Assembly: GCF_032062105.1 (NCBI RefSeq) | Contig: NW_026923961.1 | Span: 62,001 to 126,000, forward strand | From: Saccostrea cucullata | Lineage: Eukaryota | Reading direction: 5' to 3' | DNA: 64,000 nucleotides | Part shown: one piece after another, positions 12,161-26,823 of the stretch | Layout of the letters: every line of letters starts with the position of its first letter | How positions within the stretch are numbered: the stretch's first letter is position 1 | Made by a program: the position numbers and the translations under genes | Notes under the pieces: generated by a model | The model's database searches: none | What the model was told of the DNA's origin: nothing | What the model saw: only the letters and a program-made list of their open reading frames with translations

Positions 12161-14522
12161 CTGAAAAATAGAACAGAAAATCAGTTTCTGACTAAAATGA
12201 TTCACTTAAATATACTTTAAATACGCTGTTTAACCCTTTGCGACCCCCCTTAAATATGCAATTCGCAGCTGATAAAAACGGTCAAGTTGGTTTAAACCCG
12301 AGATGACCCCAACTACCCTAAAACCAGACAAGCGTGGCCCACTTCAGGTATTGAAGGCTTTGTAATTTTAAAAGAACTCATTTAAGTGGATGCTACATCG
12401 CAGAATTATTTTATCTTTGTACAGCAATGATTTTACCTGAATCTTTGTAATGAAAAGTAATAAGATAAGAAACCTTTTGTTTTAAGAAAATCCTATCACC
12501 AAAGATCTTTATACCAAAGTAAGCGCAGTAGTTTATATTTATTGTTCAAGATAAAAGAGAACCAATGGCAAATCGGATGTGTAATGCAGAATAATTCTGG
12601 TCAGCTATTACATTAAACCTAGAAGTTTTACAGATAATATTGTGTATTGTATAAGTCTAAAGCGGACGGTAGCTTTAAGGTGCTCTGTCCGCCCGTTTCT
12701 GTCCCTTAATCCCGTCATCAATCGCTAAAATCGGCTCAGCTGAGCTAACGTTACGTCATCTGATAGCCTAGGAACGCATTCACAACATTTATTATACACA
12801 ATTCTGTATTTGCTAAGTTTGTAGTTATATAACCGGATAAATTCTACTCACATTAAATCTCCAGCAATTGTTTTTTTCTGTATATTTTTATCCAGAGCAT
12901 ATGCCAGATTTCTCTGAAATATATTGGTTCAAAATTCTTGACAAGAATGAACGATGTTGATGATGATAATGTTTGTGATGACTTTAATTGGTCAAAGACA
13001 ATAATTAGCCCTTTTTTTTAAAAATTATATTATAAAAACAAAGTATTTTTTCCTCATTCCTTTATATTACCAAAGATGGGAAAATTTGGTTACCAAACGC
13101 AAGAAACTATTATTTTTGAAATTACCAAAATGAACATACAGTCTCCATGCACAAACACACAATTAAACTTAATTTTAAAAAAAAGACAGGGAATTATAAT
13201 ATTTGGTGTAGAAAGATTAAAGTATCTCATTCGTATGATTTATAGTTAAAACTTATCTGAAATTATATTTTCATTATATATCATTTTATTTTCTGGTCTT
13301 ATACAAGCATTTTATCATAAAAATACCACAAAGATGCCAATACAAATCTAACTTCACCTTTACAATTTCGGACAACTGAAGCACTGTGTACTTAAAGAGA
13401 TTTTGTTGGTCATTTTTGCAAATATTTACATATAAATATTTATAGATAACAGTGGCAGATTATGTACAGCTATATGCCTCGAGAAAAACATCTTCACAAT
13501 AAAGCCATAATTGATTTACACAGTCCCTACCTTTACGATGTACGAATCCTAATAAATCCGACGGACGAACACATTATACCATTTTTCATTCTAACCAATT
13601 AATTTGTGAATGAACCCTGGACAGGGGTGAGATTCCGGAGAACCTATTTCCGCACGTCACGGTTTGCATCATCAGCAGTATGTAGCCGGCGAGTCAGTGC
13701 CCGGTAACCGTGCTAAGCCATGCCGGATCAATACAGACTTTACCTCCCGGTTCTCTTTTTAAGCGCACTTGTTCGTTTATTCATTGCATCTATATAATGG
13801 AATTTCATTAAATGTGGAAACTAGATAGTGATAAAAGGGCAATTTCTTCATGTAAGAAAACGCTGGAAATGAAACTACTGTACTGTACTTGTATTCATGA
13901 AACATCTATATTTAATATATTTTTTTTAAATTGAAAGATATCCTTTTTTTCTTTTTTTTGTTAAAACAATGTCTCTCTTTCATGATCCTCTTTTCTAGCG
14001 AGTTTTTCGGGTTTTTTATGATATTTATATCTGCAAAACTTGAAAACATTTTTGAATATTGAGCTGCGTCTAGGTGTGTATTGATTCCAAGTGAACATGA
14101 TCTGCACAATAGAGTAAGTCCCGCCCTTTATATAAGCACAAAAATCTATCCAGAGTACATCCCTCAGTGATTTGTACTGTTATAAAAAAAACATTTAACA
14201 TCTTTGTTGTACTTGGAGCACTGTTATTCAGTCCATTAAACATGTTCTTACTCTAACATCTGCAAACATGTATTTCATTATTTAATGGATAAACTTCGTG
14301 AGCAACAACAAAACAATTCAACGTAAAACGGACCATCGCTTCACAAAGAGTATATCTATAAACCAAGGCGGCATTCAACATCGATCCCAATGCAAATGAC
14401 GTCACTTCCGTTTCATACAGGTTATAACCCACAAACTGATCCCCTCCAAATCGATTGCGAGGGGAGAATAACTTGTTTTTCGATGAATTCCCCATGCAAT
14501 GTACTCTGTAAATAACGTCCAT

Positions 14523-14723
14523 GTTCAAGCTCCGGGGCAAAAAACTCAGATGAGCTCACATTTGATCTCGGTCTCACTTTAACCAAAGGAATATGATCTC
14601 AGTCTCACTTTAACCAGAGGAATATGATCTCAGACTCACTTTAACCAAAGGAATATATAGCGGAAAAGTGAGACTGAGATCAAAAGTGAGTTTGTCTTAG
14701 TTTTATGGCCCTAGAGCCCGAAC
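14523..14723. mobile_element. Small MITE-like inverted repeat with three internal 31-bp tandem units
   Basis: GTTCAAGCTCCGGGGC..CTCACATTTGATCTCGGTCTCACTTT is imperfectly mirrored by AAAGTGAGACTGAGATCAAAAGTGAG..GCCCTAGAGCCCGAAC; unit TGATCTCAGTCTCACTTTAACCAAAGGAATA x3. Confidence 0.6.
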
Positions 14724-15109
14724 TTAGAGATGAAAAAATTTGTCAAACGGAAACCATCTCTTTAATTCAAGTTATCTGTTCACTTTATATTTTGATTACT
14801 AGGCAGTAACTATGGTGACAAGCCAAACTAATTGTTTCCAAACAGAGGCTCGTGGGCTACAACGCTAATCCAAGTCAATGCATATAAATTTTCTCTCCAA
14901 GATTAAAAAAACAATTATCTTTTGCCCCGGTAAAAATTAAAACCCAGATTTCGACCCCCTCCCCAGTTTTATAGCCCATGGCTTAAGTAAAATTCAATCT
15001 ACACAAAATGTGAAAGTTTTTGCGACAAATTTAAACCAAAAGATCCATTGTTCCAAAATTATCAAGAAACGAACAGGCAAAACGCTAAATTCATGTTTGC
15101 CCTGTTGTT

Positions 15110-15820
15110 ACACAGAGGATTTCTATAGATTTCATACATACACGCAGGATAACTAAAGATTTCACCCATACACAGGGGATAAATATAAATTTCATCCATA
15201 CACACAGGATAACTAAAGATTTCACCCATACACAGGGGATAAATATAAATTTCATCCATACACACAGGATAACTATGGATTTCACCCATACACAAGGGAT
15301 AACGATAGATTTCACCCATACACAAGGGATCACTATATATTTCACCAATACACACAAGATAACTGTAGATTTCATCCATACACACAAGATAACTCTAAAT
15401 TTCACCCATACACACAGGATAACTATAGATTTCACCCATACACACAAGATAACTATAGATTACACCCATACACACAGGATAACTATAGATTTAACCCATA
15501 CAAACAGGATAACTATAGATTTCATCCATACACACAGGATAACTATAGATTTCACCCATACACACAGGATTACTACAGATTTCACCAATACACACAGGAT
15601 AACCATAGATTTCACCAATACACACAGGATGACTATAGATTTCATCCATACACACAGGATAACTATAGATTTCACCCATACACACAGGATTACTACAGAT
15701 TTCACCAATACACAGAGGACAACTATAGATTTCACCATACACACAGGATGACTATAGATATCATCCATACACACAGGATAACTATAGCTTTTACTCATAC
15801 ACAGAAGATAACTACAGATT
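15110..15820. repeat. 30-bp minisatellite
   Basis: Unit ACACAGGATAACTATAGATTTCACCCATAC, about 23 copies. Confidence 0.95.
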
Positions 15821-16943
15821 TGTTAGAAACTTATTACGTTGTAAAGTTATAAACACCGACTTTACCTGATTATTAATTCTAATTTTTATACGGGAGGAAT
15901 ATATACTTTATAATTTAATCAAATGTTGATGACATTTAATTTGTTATAGGACTGACAGGATTATAGAACAGTAATAAGCTTTTTTTCATTTATAAAAATT
16001 GTTCGCATGATACATGAAAAACAAATCGTGTAAACCCTCTCATTCAACCAACATTTATACAAAGTTTTCAAAAATAATTTGTAGGGATCATATATTGTGG
16101 TCTTGGAAAGGTAAAAAATTTCGTAATATAAATTTGAAAACAACAACCTTAGTACCTATTTTCATTTAACATTTAAAATTGAAAATTGCTCGATGATCCA
16201 CGTATTTCGTATACTGAATCAAAGACGTACGAGAACAAAAATTGGTGTTTATCAAAAAGTGATGAATCAGCAGCATTTTTAAAAATGTGAACTTCTTCCA
16301 CGATTTTCCTAAATTTTTATTACAAATTATTTTAACCTTTAATTATGTCTCCACCATATCTTAAGGCTAGCACATCTTTACAACCTATAGAGGACTACGT
16401 GTTTTTTCCTTTGATAAATTAATGGTTTGACTGTATTTATTATTATGTAGCTTTTATGTTTAAGAATTCGGTAAATTGCGTCTAATTTGCAATTTGGTTT
16501 CAACAGCACTGTGCTGAGCTAATTCATGCATCGATAATGAAGTAATTTTATTATTTATTTCTTTTTTGTCATCCCTGAGATTCGGGGGGGGGGGGGAACC
16601 GTTATACTAAAGGATCAAATTATATCCTCATTTCCGAGCCCCAAGACCGTAAACTGGGAGCAGACTTAAGTCAAAATTTTGATTCTGAATATCTTTATAT
16701 TTCTTTAACATATTATCTACAATTTTGCAGTTATGTATATAATATTCAAGTTCCAACAAATGATGTGGATTTACCTTGGGCTAATGTGCTATAGTCATTA
16801 TTTGATAAAATTTGATTATAAAAGTTTTTCGTACGGACAAATGACTGAGGCGCTAAATTTTGAATTCTACAAAGGCGTGAGTTCCTTTCCGTTCGACACT
16901 AATTTATTTTAGAGTTTAAATTTTTTATCTGTTACGAGAAACA

Positions 16944-18630
16944 AACATGTGACCCATGGGCAACATCGTTCACCTGAATGTGTAGTATCGCGAGTACTTC
17001 GCAGTGATCGAACTTACTACCGCTCTTTTTTGGGGGAGTCCAGAAAGCTCTAGATTGCGTGATATTTCTGGGGCATATTATTAATTACAGTTTGTGAAAA
17101 TCGAATGATTCAAACAATCTTTATGCCGTAATTACAATGTATTGCCAAGGGATGAATTCCAAATAGTAGATTGTCAAATAAGGAAAGTTTAGAGATTTTA
17201 TCTGCTTTCAAAAGTAAGTATTTTCAGTAAAAAGTATATGAGAAGAGTCCGCTTAGTAATAAAAAGTACAGTATATCTTAAAAACTGTAATATATGAGAA
17301 CTAGCTCATGTCGAAGATTTTTAAGGCTGGTTCAGCGAATGTTAAGCAAGAAATTTCAACAGGATTTATTTCTTATCTGCCTTTCTAAACTACACAATGA
17401 TCAATCTTGCATTGTATTCAATAGCACATTGTCACCATCCAAAAAGAGTTCCGCTAAGTTAAGTAATCGCGATATCAAGTAATACTTTTCATACATTTTA
17501 CAAAATTAAAAAAGAAATATTTCCTTGAACAAAATGTAACCCTGAATTCACCGCCATGCCTCAACATCGGTAAGTCTAACTGACCCCTATAGTCATGGAG
17601 AAGAAGGGCCTTTTCTTATCATCAGCTATGTTAATGATCTAGATTCAAGCCCACTCTGACCTAGGATCCAAAGCTCATGGGTGAACAAGGCGTGCAGATT
17701 GCCTATAGCTTCAGATATTTAAAAAATCATATTCGATTTCTGAATAAAGAATTCAAACCGAGTTCTCATCACTGAAATTCATGAAATTAGGATAAATACA
17801 ACTTAACTGAGAAAAACAAAATATCGGAAAAAATTATTCATTATTAAAATATAAGATGGTATTCGTGGGATTCAAACCATAGCAATGAATATCCGGGAGT
17901 ATCATACTGCTTTGAGACTAACACGCTAACCACTACGCTACACAGCTCATGAGGAGTTTAAGTTTAATGGACTTCAATTATTTCTCGGAAAGATGTAAAT
18001 GTTTTGTCATAAAAGTGTACCTTTAAGGTATATTGGGTTTTTGAGACATTTCATGAGACATTTGATTTTTTCCATATATTTCTATGTTAATTTTCTGCCA
18101 TTATTGTGACCTCATCTTATACTCGGAGGTCATGGTTCAGACAATTTAGAATTTAAATTTTCGGAGAAAGCTTCTTTTCGCATGTTTTTTAAGTTTTTAC
18201 CTTTTCTTGCCCAGTGCCTTTTCAGAACATTTTAAGGATATTTTAAACATACATCAGTGAATAACTTCCATCCCCATTTGGTGGCCCCACTTAACCTTTT
18301 GGGCCACGATTTGAACAAATTAAATCTGCACTTCCTCAGAAAGCTACAAAGTTTCATTTTTTCCTGGCCCAGTGTTTCCTGAAAAGAAGACTTGTTAAAA
18401 ATATTAATCCACCCTTTAATATTTTTGACCTTTTCTTGAATATCACCTATGGGCCCTCCTGCCCATTATTTGAAAAATTTAGAATTCCATTTCACATAAT
18501 GATGTTTTGTACAAACTTTGATTAAAATTGGACTGTTCAAAACTCTTGTGGAGAAGACAAAAATTTATAAAAGTTAATAGACGAACAGACAGACAGACAA
18601 GCGGGCGCCGGAAGTAGATGATAAGAAAAT
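16944..18630 (-). mobile_element. Old, interrupted HINE with degenerate Cg170-like monomers
   Basis: 3'-end-like AACATGTGACCCATGGGCAACATCGTTCACCTGA at ~16944; decayed monomers at 18060-18560 resembling 57300-58560; (GACA)n at ~18585. Confidence 0.5.
17857..17946 (-). other. tRNA-derived (SINE-head-like) relic, not a functional tRNA
   Basis: Minus strand shows A-box-like TAGCGTAGTGG and B-box-like GGTTTGAATCC, ending ..ACCA; no clean cloverleaf is evident. Confidence 0.4.
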
Positions 18631-21600
18631 AGGCATCATTCCTATAATTTGGTAAAACAATCAAAAACATATCCTTTTTCCCTTGGGGAGGTCTTTATTA
18701 AAGACATTGAAATCTGGTATGAAAAGCGATGTTTAATACCATCTGGCAAGTTACAAAATTATTATTCATATGCAATCTGAAATAAACATCTAATAAGAAG
18801 TCAACTAACTCCATGATTTAGAGTTATAGGGGCAGACGACGTCTGACTCAGGACAGATTACGTCGGTTTTCATAACGAGCAGACACCGTTCACAAGTGAC
18901 CACGGTCAGTTAACGATTAGAGACATTATTGCGGTCAATTCCCACGCAAAACACGAATACCGTACTGATTTACAGATGTGAGTGCGCTCAATTTTGCTTC
19001 AGAAATAGAAACCCTCTAGACAAAATTACGTATCTTTTTGAAATAAGTTCCCCCTCCTCCCAACTCAAGTCCTAACTCATCTTCCCGCCCTATCCCCTTG
19101 CCTCAAAAGTCTTCGAACTCGCAACTCTCTTTTAACCCTGTGTGCCCCGCCAAAAATATGCATACATTTTAAAAGCAACCGAGTCGAATGAAAAAGGGAT
19201 TCTGAAGGGTATTATCATCCTCTACATCAGTTACAATTCGTTATCCGCCATTTTAATTTAACGAGCTGACGTCACAGACTTGGTAAAAGAGAGATAACCA
19301 CGTGACTTTCTTCTACATCAAGTTGAGCAAACTGAATTCTATAAATTATATTTTGTTTAAAAGTAAAATAGAAAAAATACAATGTGATTGGTAACTGCCG
19401 GGAGATTTTAAAAAGCAAGCTCAGATACGACTAATAAACATTGTTTGAGAACATTTGATGCACCAACATAAGTAGAAATATATGAAAGGTTATGAATGGT
19501 GGAAAATTATCTTGTACACGGCCGTACAAATTCCTGGTAAAGTACAATATGAAGTGTTGCGTTTCCTATCTCAAATCCGGGGTCGGCAATGAGTCAAGGC
19601 CAAGAGGGGTGAAAGATCTCTCAGGGCCTTTTTTTCGTAGAGGCAAATAACATCAACCTCGTAAAAATCAATGTAGCATAGAACGCTTGGATAAAGCATT
19701 AAGTAGCATGCATAATGAGAACGCGATCGGCTGACACGAATTCTAATACTTATATGTGTCTCCTCTTATCTTCTTACCGCGCTTATGCTAATAGTTAGGT
19801 ATCGTAGTATAAAGTGTACTGATCGACTTGTGAAATGGATCATTAGCTTCTCGGATTATCCTCTCCATAACCCCAAACGTTCAGCAGACGATCTCGGGCA
19901 AAAAAATATATACAGCAAGCTCAAGGTTATGGGCGTTTCATTCGATTCATCATTATATATAAGGCGGTAATTATCATAACGGAAGGATAGGTTCAGAAAA
20001 CGGCAATTTTGCGACATCTAGTTCTCAATGCGTCCTTTGGGAGCAGTTACCTCCCCCCACAGTAACGCGCACTTTCATAATTAATCAGCTCATATAGTTC
20101 GGGATGACCAGTTAATCGCTGGCGGGTCACAGCTGCTGCTAGTTTACCGGCATCGAGGAAATTCTGCCCTGTCTATATTTATTAATGGCTTACAAATACT
20201 CAAGGCTCACGGTTTATAAAAGCTCCAGGGCGCCCCATTTTAGCGACATCGTAAAAATAATATAAAAATCATTATTTGCTGCTTCTGTGACTAAAATGGT
20301 CTTGTCCAGGCAGAAAATTACTGTTTTCTTATTTTAATTTTAGAAAAAAAAAATAAACAAATTAAATTGCTTTTTTATGAATGATTTTAGTCAAGAAATC
20401 GATGTCGGTTTCATTTTTAGTCGAAATTAAAAAGAAAAGTACATTGATCAAGTTTTTTTTTTTTTTGTTCAGCACCAACAATTTTCTTTTTTTTTAAACT
20501 TTAAATACAAACCGAGAGATTAACTTTCTAACCTTATAACTTATTACAGTTCAAACAAACTTATGGAGTTTGCAAATGTTTAGCCATACAGAACACAGAA
20601 AGGATTTTAAATGACACTTAGCTTGATAAATAATTTAAAAATATTGATGAATAAAAATAATATGTGCAATATTCTGCAAATTGACCCCTCAATCAACCAA
20701 ATTCTGTAATGTTCTTAATTGTTATTTGTAAAGGGGAATTAAACAGACAATACGAATCGAAGAAGAAAATAAAACGAATTCTAACATATTATCAATGATT
20801 ATAAAACAGCTCTGCATAACGATTTAGATAATTTTCTTTTTAATTTAAATAAACAATATGCTAATAATACCCCCTAAAAAAATTGTTAAATATAGTTAAT
20901 TTTTTAATACTTTGATAAAATACGAAACTTTATTTGACATGAAGTGCCTAAATATTTCCTAAATTACAATTATGTAATTTTTTAGAAATAATTTATGATA
21001 TGAACTATTTCCTTTTGATATAAAGAAAGTCTCGTAAGCCGTAGAAAGAAAAGATATATGAAAAAATGACATTAATGATAACTTTGATTTACATTTTCTG
21101 TTCTTAAAACTTTGACTACATGTAACTGAAGTAAAACCTTTGATTTACTTTAGGGAAAACTTTGATGTACTACAATGAAAACTTAGATTTACTAAAATAA
21201 AAACTTAGACTCACGGACTTTAACCCTTTAGTTAACCGTAGTGTAAACCTTGATTTACTTGAATAAAAACTTCGCATTTAGTGAAAACTTTGATGCAATA
21301 AAAACTGTAGACTGCACATTACAATGGGAATGAAAAAATTACAGTAAGCCGGATAGGACAGGTACGGGATTAAACAGTTTTCACTGTATTATAATCCTTT
21401 TTTTAAAACAAAGCACAAAGTCATTATGAAGTACAAATCAAAATGATATTTAAATGGGAATTATCGGGAACACGTTTATACGCTGCAACCTAAAATACTT
21501 CCTTTTAACATGTTATAATATACTATTCATGTAATTAAGTTGCCATTTTTAAATATCTGGATAGCTTCAGATACAAATTACAATTTAATTACAACTCAAA

Positions 21601-23145
21601 TTCAGTGGAAGTCATAAACTGACAATATGGTTCTATCATTTAATTAGAAGCCGATTGGTATTTTGTGTAATCAATGAATATTGCACGTTCATCTGTCTCC
21701 TCTACAATATCTTACCGGTTATTTAGTACTGTCATCCTGGTTCAACACTCATTTGTTTTAATTTCCTTACTTCATCACTAATTATTTTTCATGATAAGAA
21801 CAATGATTGGGATTTTGGCGGAAGTTTGATGGTGACTTCCGGTTTATTTTGGTAACGATGCGACAAGTACTGGTTTGAAAGAAGGCCGATCTTTGATTGA
21901 TAACAATGGTCATTTATTGACCGCTCGTGAAGGCAGACTGACCCTCGAGTCCTCGTGCATTGTGAGCCAGAAAATCAATCTAACTGTCCGATCTACTGGC
22001 CACAGTCTCAGGAACAGCAGACATTTTAGCTCAGTATGTTTTAAACAATAATTAGCTTCAGTTCCTTAATTAAAACTTCGTTCTTATTATTCAGTTAAAA
22101 ACAGAGAGGGGTATATACACTGAATAAAGTTTAAATCTAGATCTTGAACTAGTACAAAACCTGGTATATTGATCATACGGACATAAAACTTATTTTCTAA
22201 GAAGTGGCTTTAATAATTTGTTTAAACAGTTTAAGCATTTCCATTAATAACGCACACTGCCCTATATCATGTATAAAATCTTCCTTGTATTGGCCCTAGA
22301 CTGACCGCATAAACTGTTAAACATTTGTACAACACAGTAGATAAAATTAATGAATTGATAAAAAGATATACTCACAGAATCAGAGGAGAATCGTGAAGAG
22401 TTATTCCATCCAGCACGGGGCCACACTTTACTGGACTCTCGTTAATTCTGTTCGTCAGTCACACTTCAGTAGTGTGGTGTAGCCAGGATTTTTTTTTTTA
22501 CTCGGCTAGTGCACAGCCGACCTTATGTTGACCCCGCTGATCGCCAGATTTAGAACGAGAGACGATTTAACCCTGTACGTTTGTTTCGGCAAAACGAGAA
22601 TTTTTTTTTCTTGTTGTGTGTGATTTTCGAACAAAGGGCTTTGTAAACATTGAAGATCCTACAAACTGTTAGCGGCGAGTGTAGTAATTTTAATATGGGT
22701 TATAAGGGAAGTCTGGACATTTTCTAAAGGTTTCCTCACCAGCTTCTCTCGGCCCGACATGTGCACGACTGGTCATCCTATCGATCATTTCACGCTCGGC
22801 AGCAGCCTCGTTTGACGTGAATGTGTTAAGAGCGTCGTTAGATTCTAATTAAACACTGTCGTGTATTCAAAGCGTATTATTATGTCTAATGATAAACAAA
22901 GGCGGTAGTTATTTAGCGAGAGATTGGAGTTGATATATATTACAATGAAAAGTGAATATAATCTGGAACGTAAGTTTCAACATCAGCAATATACAAACCA
23001 AAAAAAAACTATAAAAAACATTGGGAAAAAAATCATAAACTTTTCCTCCCTTGGGCACAACATAACTAACTAAAATCTGCTGTACATTTCGCTGCCTCAC
23101 TCGATCCAAAGTATGACGTATGTTTCTAATTGTTACCTCACCACT

Positions 23146-26056
23146 ATCATCAATATCTAATGTCTGTGTCTATTGGTTACTCTGTCATCAATATCTACTG
23201 TCTATTGGTTACTCCGTCATCAATATCTAATGTCTGTGTCTATTGGTTTCTCTGTCCTCAATATCTAATGTCTGTGTCTATTGGTTACTCTGTCATCAAT
23301 ATCTAATGTCTGTATCTATTAGTTACTCTATCATCAATATCTAATGTCTATGTCTATTGGTTACTCTGTCATCAATATCTAATGTCTCTGTCTATTGGTT
23401 ACTCTGTCATCAATATCTAATGTCTGTGTCTATTGGTTACTCTGTCATCAATAATGTCTATGTCTATTGGTTACTCTGTCATCAATATGTCTGTGTCTAT
23501 TGGTTACTCTGTCATCAATATCTAATGTCTGTCTAATATCTAATAATGTCATCAATATCTAATGTCTATTGGTTACTCTGTCATCAATATCTAATGTCTA
23601 TTCCTATTGGTTACTATGTCATCAATATCTAATGTCTATTCCTATTAGTTACTCTGTCATAAATATCTATTGCCTGTGTCTATTGGTTACTCTGTCATCA
23701 ATATCTAATGTCTGTGTCTATTGGTTACTCTGTCATCAATATCTAATGTCTATTCCTATTGGTTACTATGTCATCAATATCTAATGTCTATTCCTATTGG
23801 TTACTCTGCCATCAATATCAATGTCTATTGATAACTCTGTCATCAATATCTAATGTCTATTCCAATTGGTTACTCTGTCATCAATATCTAATGTCTATTC
23901 CTATTGGTTACTCTGTCATCAATATCTACTGTCTGTGGCTATTGGTTACTCTGTCATCAATCTACTCTCTGTGTCTATTGGTTACTCTGTCATCAATATC
24001 TATTGTCTGTATCTATTGGTTACTCTGTCATCAATATCTAATGGGTGTATCTATTGGTTACTCTGTCATCAATATCTAATGGGTGTGTCTATTGGGTACT
24101 CTGTCATCAATATTTAATGTCTGTGTCTATTGGTTACTCTGTCATCAATATCTAATGTCTGTGTCTATTGGTTACTCTGTCATCAATATCTAATGTCTGT
24201 GTCTATTGGTTACTCTGTCATCAATATCTAATGTCTATTCCTATTGGTTACTATGTCATCAATATCTAATGTCTATTGGTTACTCTGTCATCAATATCTA
24301 ATGTCTGTGTCTATTGGTAACTCTGTAATCAATATCTTATGTCTATTGGTTACTCTGTCATCAATATCTTATGTCTGTGTCTATTGGTTACTCTGTCATC
24401 AATATCTAATGTCTATGTCTATTGTTTACTCTGTCATCAATATCTAATGTCTGTGTCTATTGGTTACTCTGTCATCAATATCTAATGTCTATGTCTATTG
24501 GTTCTCTGTCATCAATATCTAATGTCTGTGTCTATTGGTTACTCTGACATCAATATCTAATGTCTGTGTCTATTGGTTACTCTGTCATCAATATCTAATG
24601 TTTGTGTCTATTGGTTACTTTGTCATCAGTATCTAATGTCTGTATCTATTAGTTACTCTATTATCAATATCTAATGTCTGTGTCTATTGGTTACTCTGTC
24701 ATCAATATCTAATGTCTGTGTCTATTGGTTACTCTGTCATCAATATTTAATGTCTGTGTCTATTGGTTACTCTGTCATCAATGTCTAATGTCTGTGTCTA
24801 TTGGGTACTTTGTCATCAATATCTACTGTCTATTGGTTACTCTGTCATCAATATCTAATGTCTATTCCTATTGGTTACTATGTCATCAATATCTAATGTC
24901 TATTCCTATTAGTTACTCTGTCATAAATATCTATTGCCTGTGTCTATTGGTTACTCTGTCATCAATATCTAATGTCTGTGTCTATTGGTTACTCTGTCAT
25001 CAATATCTAATGTCTATTCCTATTGGTTACTATGTCATCAATATCTAATGTCTATTCCTATTGGTTACTCTGCCATCAATATCTAATGTCTATTGATAAC
25101 TCTGTCATCAATATCTAATGTCTATTCCAATTGGTTACTCTGTCCTCAATATCTAATGTCTATTCCTATTGGTTACTCTGTCATCAATATCTACTGTCTG
25201 TGGCTATTGGTTACTCTGTCATCAATCTACTCTCTGTGTCTATTGGTTACTCTGTCATCGATATCTAATGTCTGTGTCTATTGGTTACTCTGTCATCAAT
25301 ATCTATTGTCTGTATTTATTAGTTACTCTATTATCAATATCTAATGTCTGTGTCTATTTGTTACTCTGTCATCAATATCTAATGTCTGTATCTATTAGTT
25401 ACTCTATTATCAATATCTATTGCCTGTGTCTATTGGTTACTTTGTCATCAATATCTAATGTCTGTGTCTATTGGTTACTCCGTCATCAATATCTAATGTC
25501 TGTGTCTATTGGTTACTCTGTCATCAATATCTAATGTCTGTGTCTATTGGTTACTCTGTCATCAATATCTAATGTCTGTATCTATTAGTTACTCTATTAT
25601 CAATATCTATTGCCTGTGTCTATTGGTTACTTTGTCATCAATATCTAATGTCTGTGTCTATTAGGGTTACTCTGTCATCAATATCTACTGTCTGTGTCTA
25701 TTGGTTACTCTGTCATCAATATCTACTGTCTGTGTCTATTGGTTACTCTGTCCTCAATATCTAATGTCTATTCCTATTGGTTACTCTGTCATCAATATCT
25801 AATGTCTGTGTCTATTGGTTACTCTGTCATCAGTTTCTACTGTCTATTGGTTACTCTGTCATCAGTATCTAATGTCTATTCCTATAGGTTACTCTGTCCT
25901 CAATATCTAATGTCTATTCCTATTGGTTACTCTGTCATCAATATCTACTGTCTGTGTCTATTGGTTACTCTGTCATCAATATCTAAAGTCTGTGTCTATT
26001 GGTTACTCCGTCATCAATATCTAATGTCTGTGTCTATTGCTTACTCTGTCATTAAT
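23146..26056. repeat. 38-bp (and 32-bp variant) tandem satellite
   Basis: Unit TCATCAATATCTAATGTCTGTGTCTATTGGTTACTCTG; a variant block near 23565-23960 recurs near 24830-25230. Confidence 0.95.
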
Positions 26057-26680
26057 AAAGTTTTCCCGCGTTTCGTAGAATAGCGGGAAAACATTGTATG
26101 ATAGGAACGTATTTTATTGGAAATGCCTGTTTATGGTAGGCGTGGCCAAAGGAAGGCCAATGAGAAGGTGGTATTTTGTGAAGTGTTGGATCATTCTAAG
26201 CCAGTGCTCCGCAGAACACACACGTGTTTTTGTTTATATCTATATTCAAATTAATACGTTGATATATGTAATATATTATATATATATGTAACATTGTCAT
26301 ATATTTTGATTTTGCTCTATTGTACATGTACATAAACGGTTTTTATGCATACCAAGTACTGCTCCGAATGCACGTCCGGCATTCTCCCTTGAGGCATTAT
26401 TTACATAGCGACGGACACAGGTTTTCCATAGTTACTCGTCTATGGTTTTTTCCTGGGCGGTTTTTAATGTCTTTGATAGGGGTATAATGCATAGCATGTA
26501 ACGCATAGTTAACCAAAACATTGCAGTACTTCATTGATCACATACACAATAATGTATGCCTGTTTGTTATGAATTGTTATTAAATAAATGCCAGCTGCTC
26601 CCACTAAGCTAGCCTGGCTTACAGCTTATGTGTTGTATTATTTGAGGTGTAGTCTGTCAAATAATAAGTGAAGATTATAC
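26052..26680 (+). mobile_element. ~630-bp insertion interrupting the 38-bp array; begins with a HINE-like 5' palindrome and appears 3'-truncated
   Basis: GTTTTCCCGC/GCGGGAAAAC stem followed by ATTG, as at other HINE 5' ends in this window; the satellite resumes at 26681. Confidence 0.5.
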
Positions 26681-26823
26681 TATCTAATGTCTGTGTCTAT
26701 TGGTTACTCTGTCATCAATACCTAATGCCTATTGGTTACTCTGTCATCAATAGCTAATGCCTGTGTCTATTGATTACTCTGTCATCAATATCTAATGTCT
26801 ATTCCTATTTGGTACTCTGTCAC
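26681..26823. repeat. Continuation of the 38-bp satellite
   Basis: About four units of the same sequence as 23146-26056. Confidence 0.9.

Noticed and set aside
15062-15798. Repetitive ORFs on both strands
   Set aside because: Artefact of the 30-bp minisatellite.
20227-20430. hAT-like left end CAGGGCGCCCC with TTTTAGTC motifs
   Set aside because: No matching right TIR or TSD found.
21080-21310. Loose AAAACTTTGATTTACT repeats
   Set aside because: Too degenerate to define a unit.
23146-26823. CRISPR-like regularity and repetitive ORFs
   Set aside because: Head-to-tail repeats with no unique spacers, no cas genes and a eukaryotic context.
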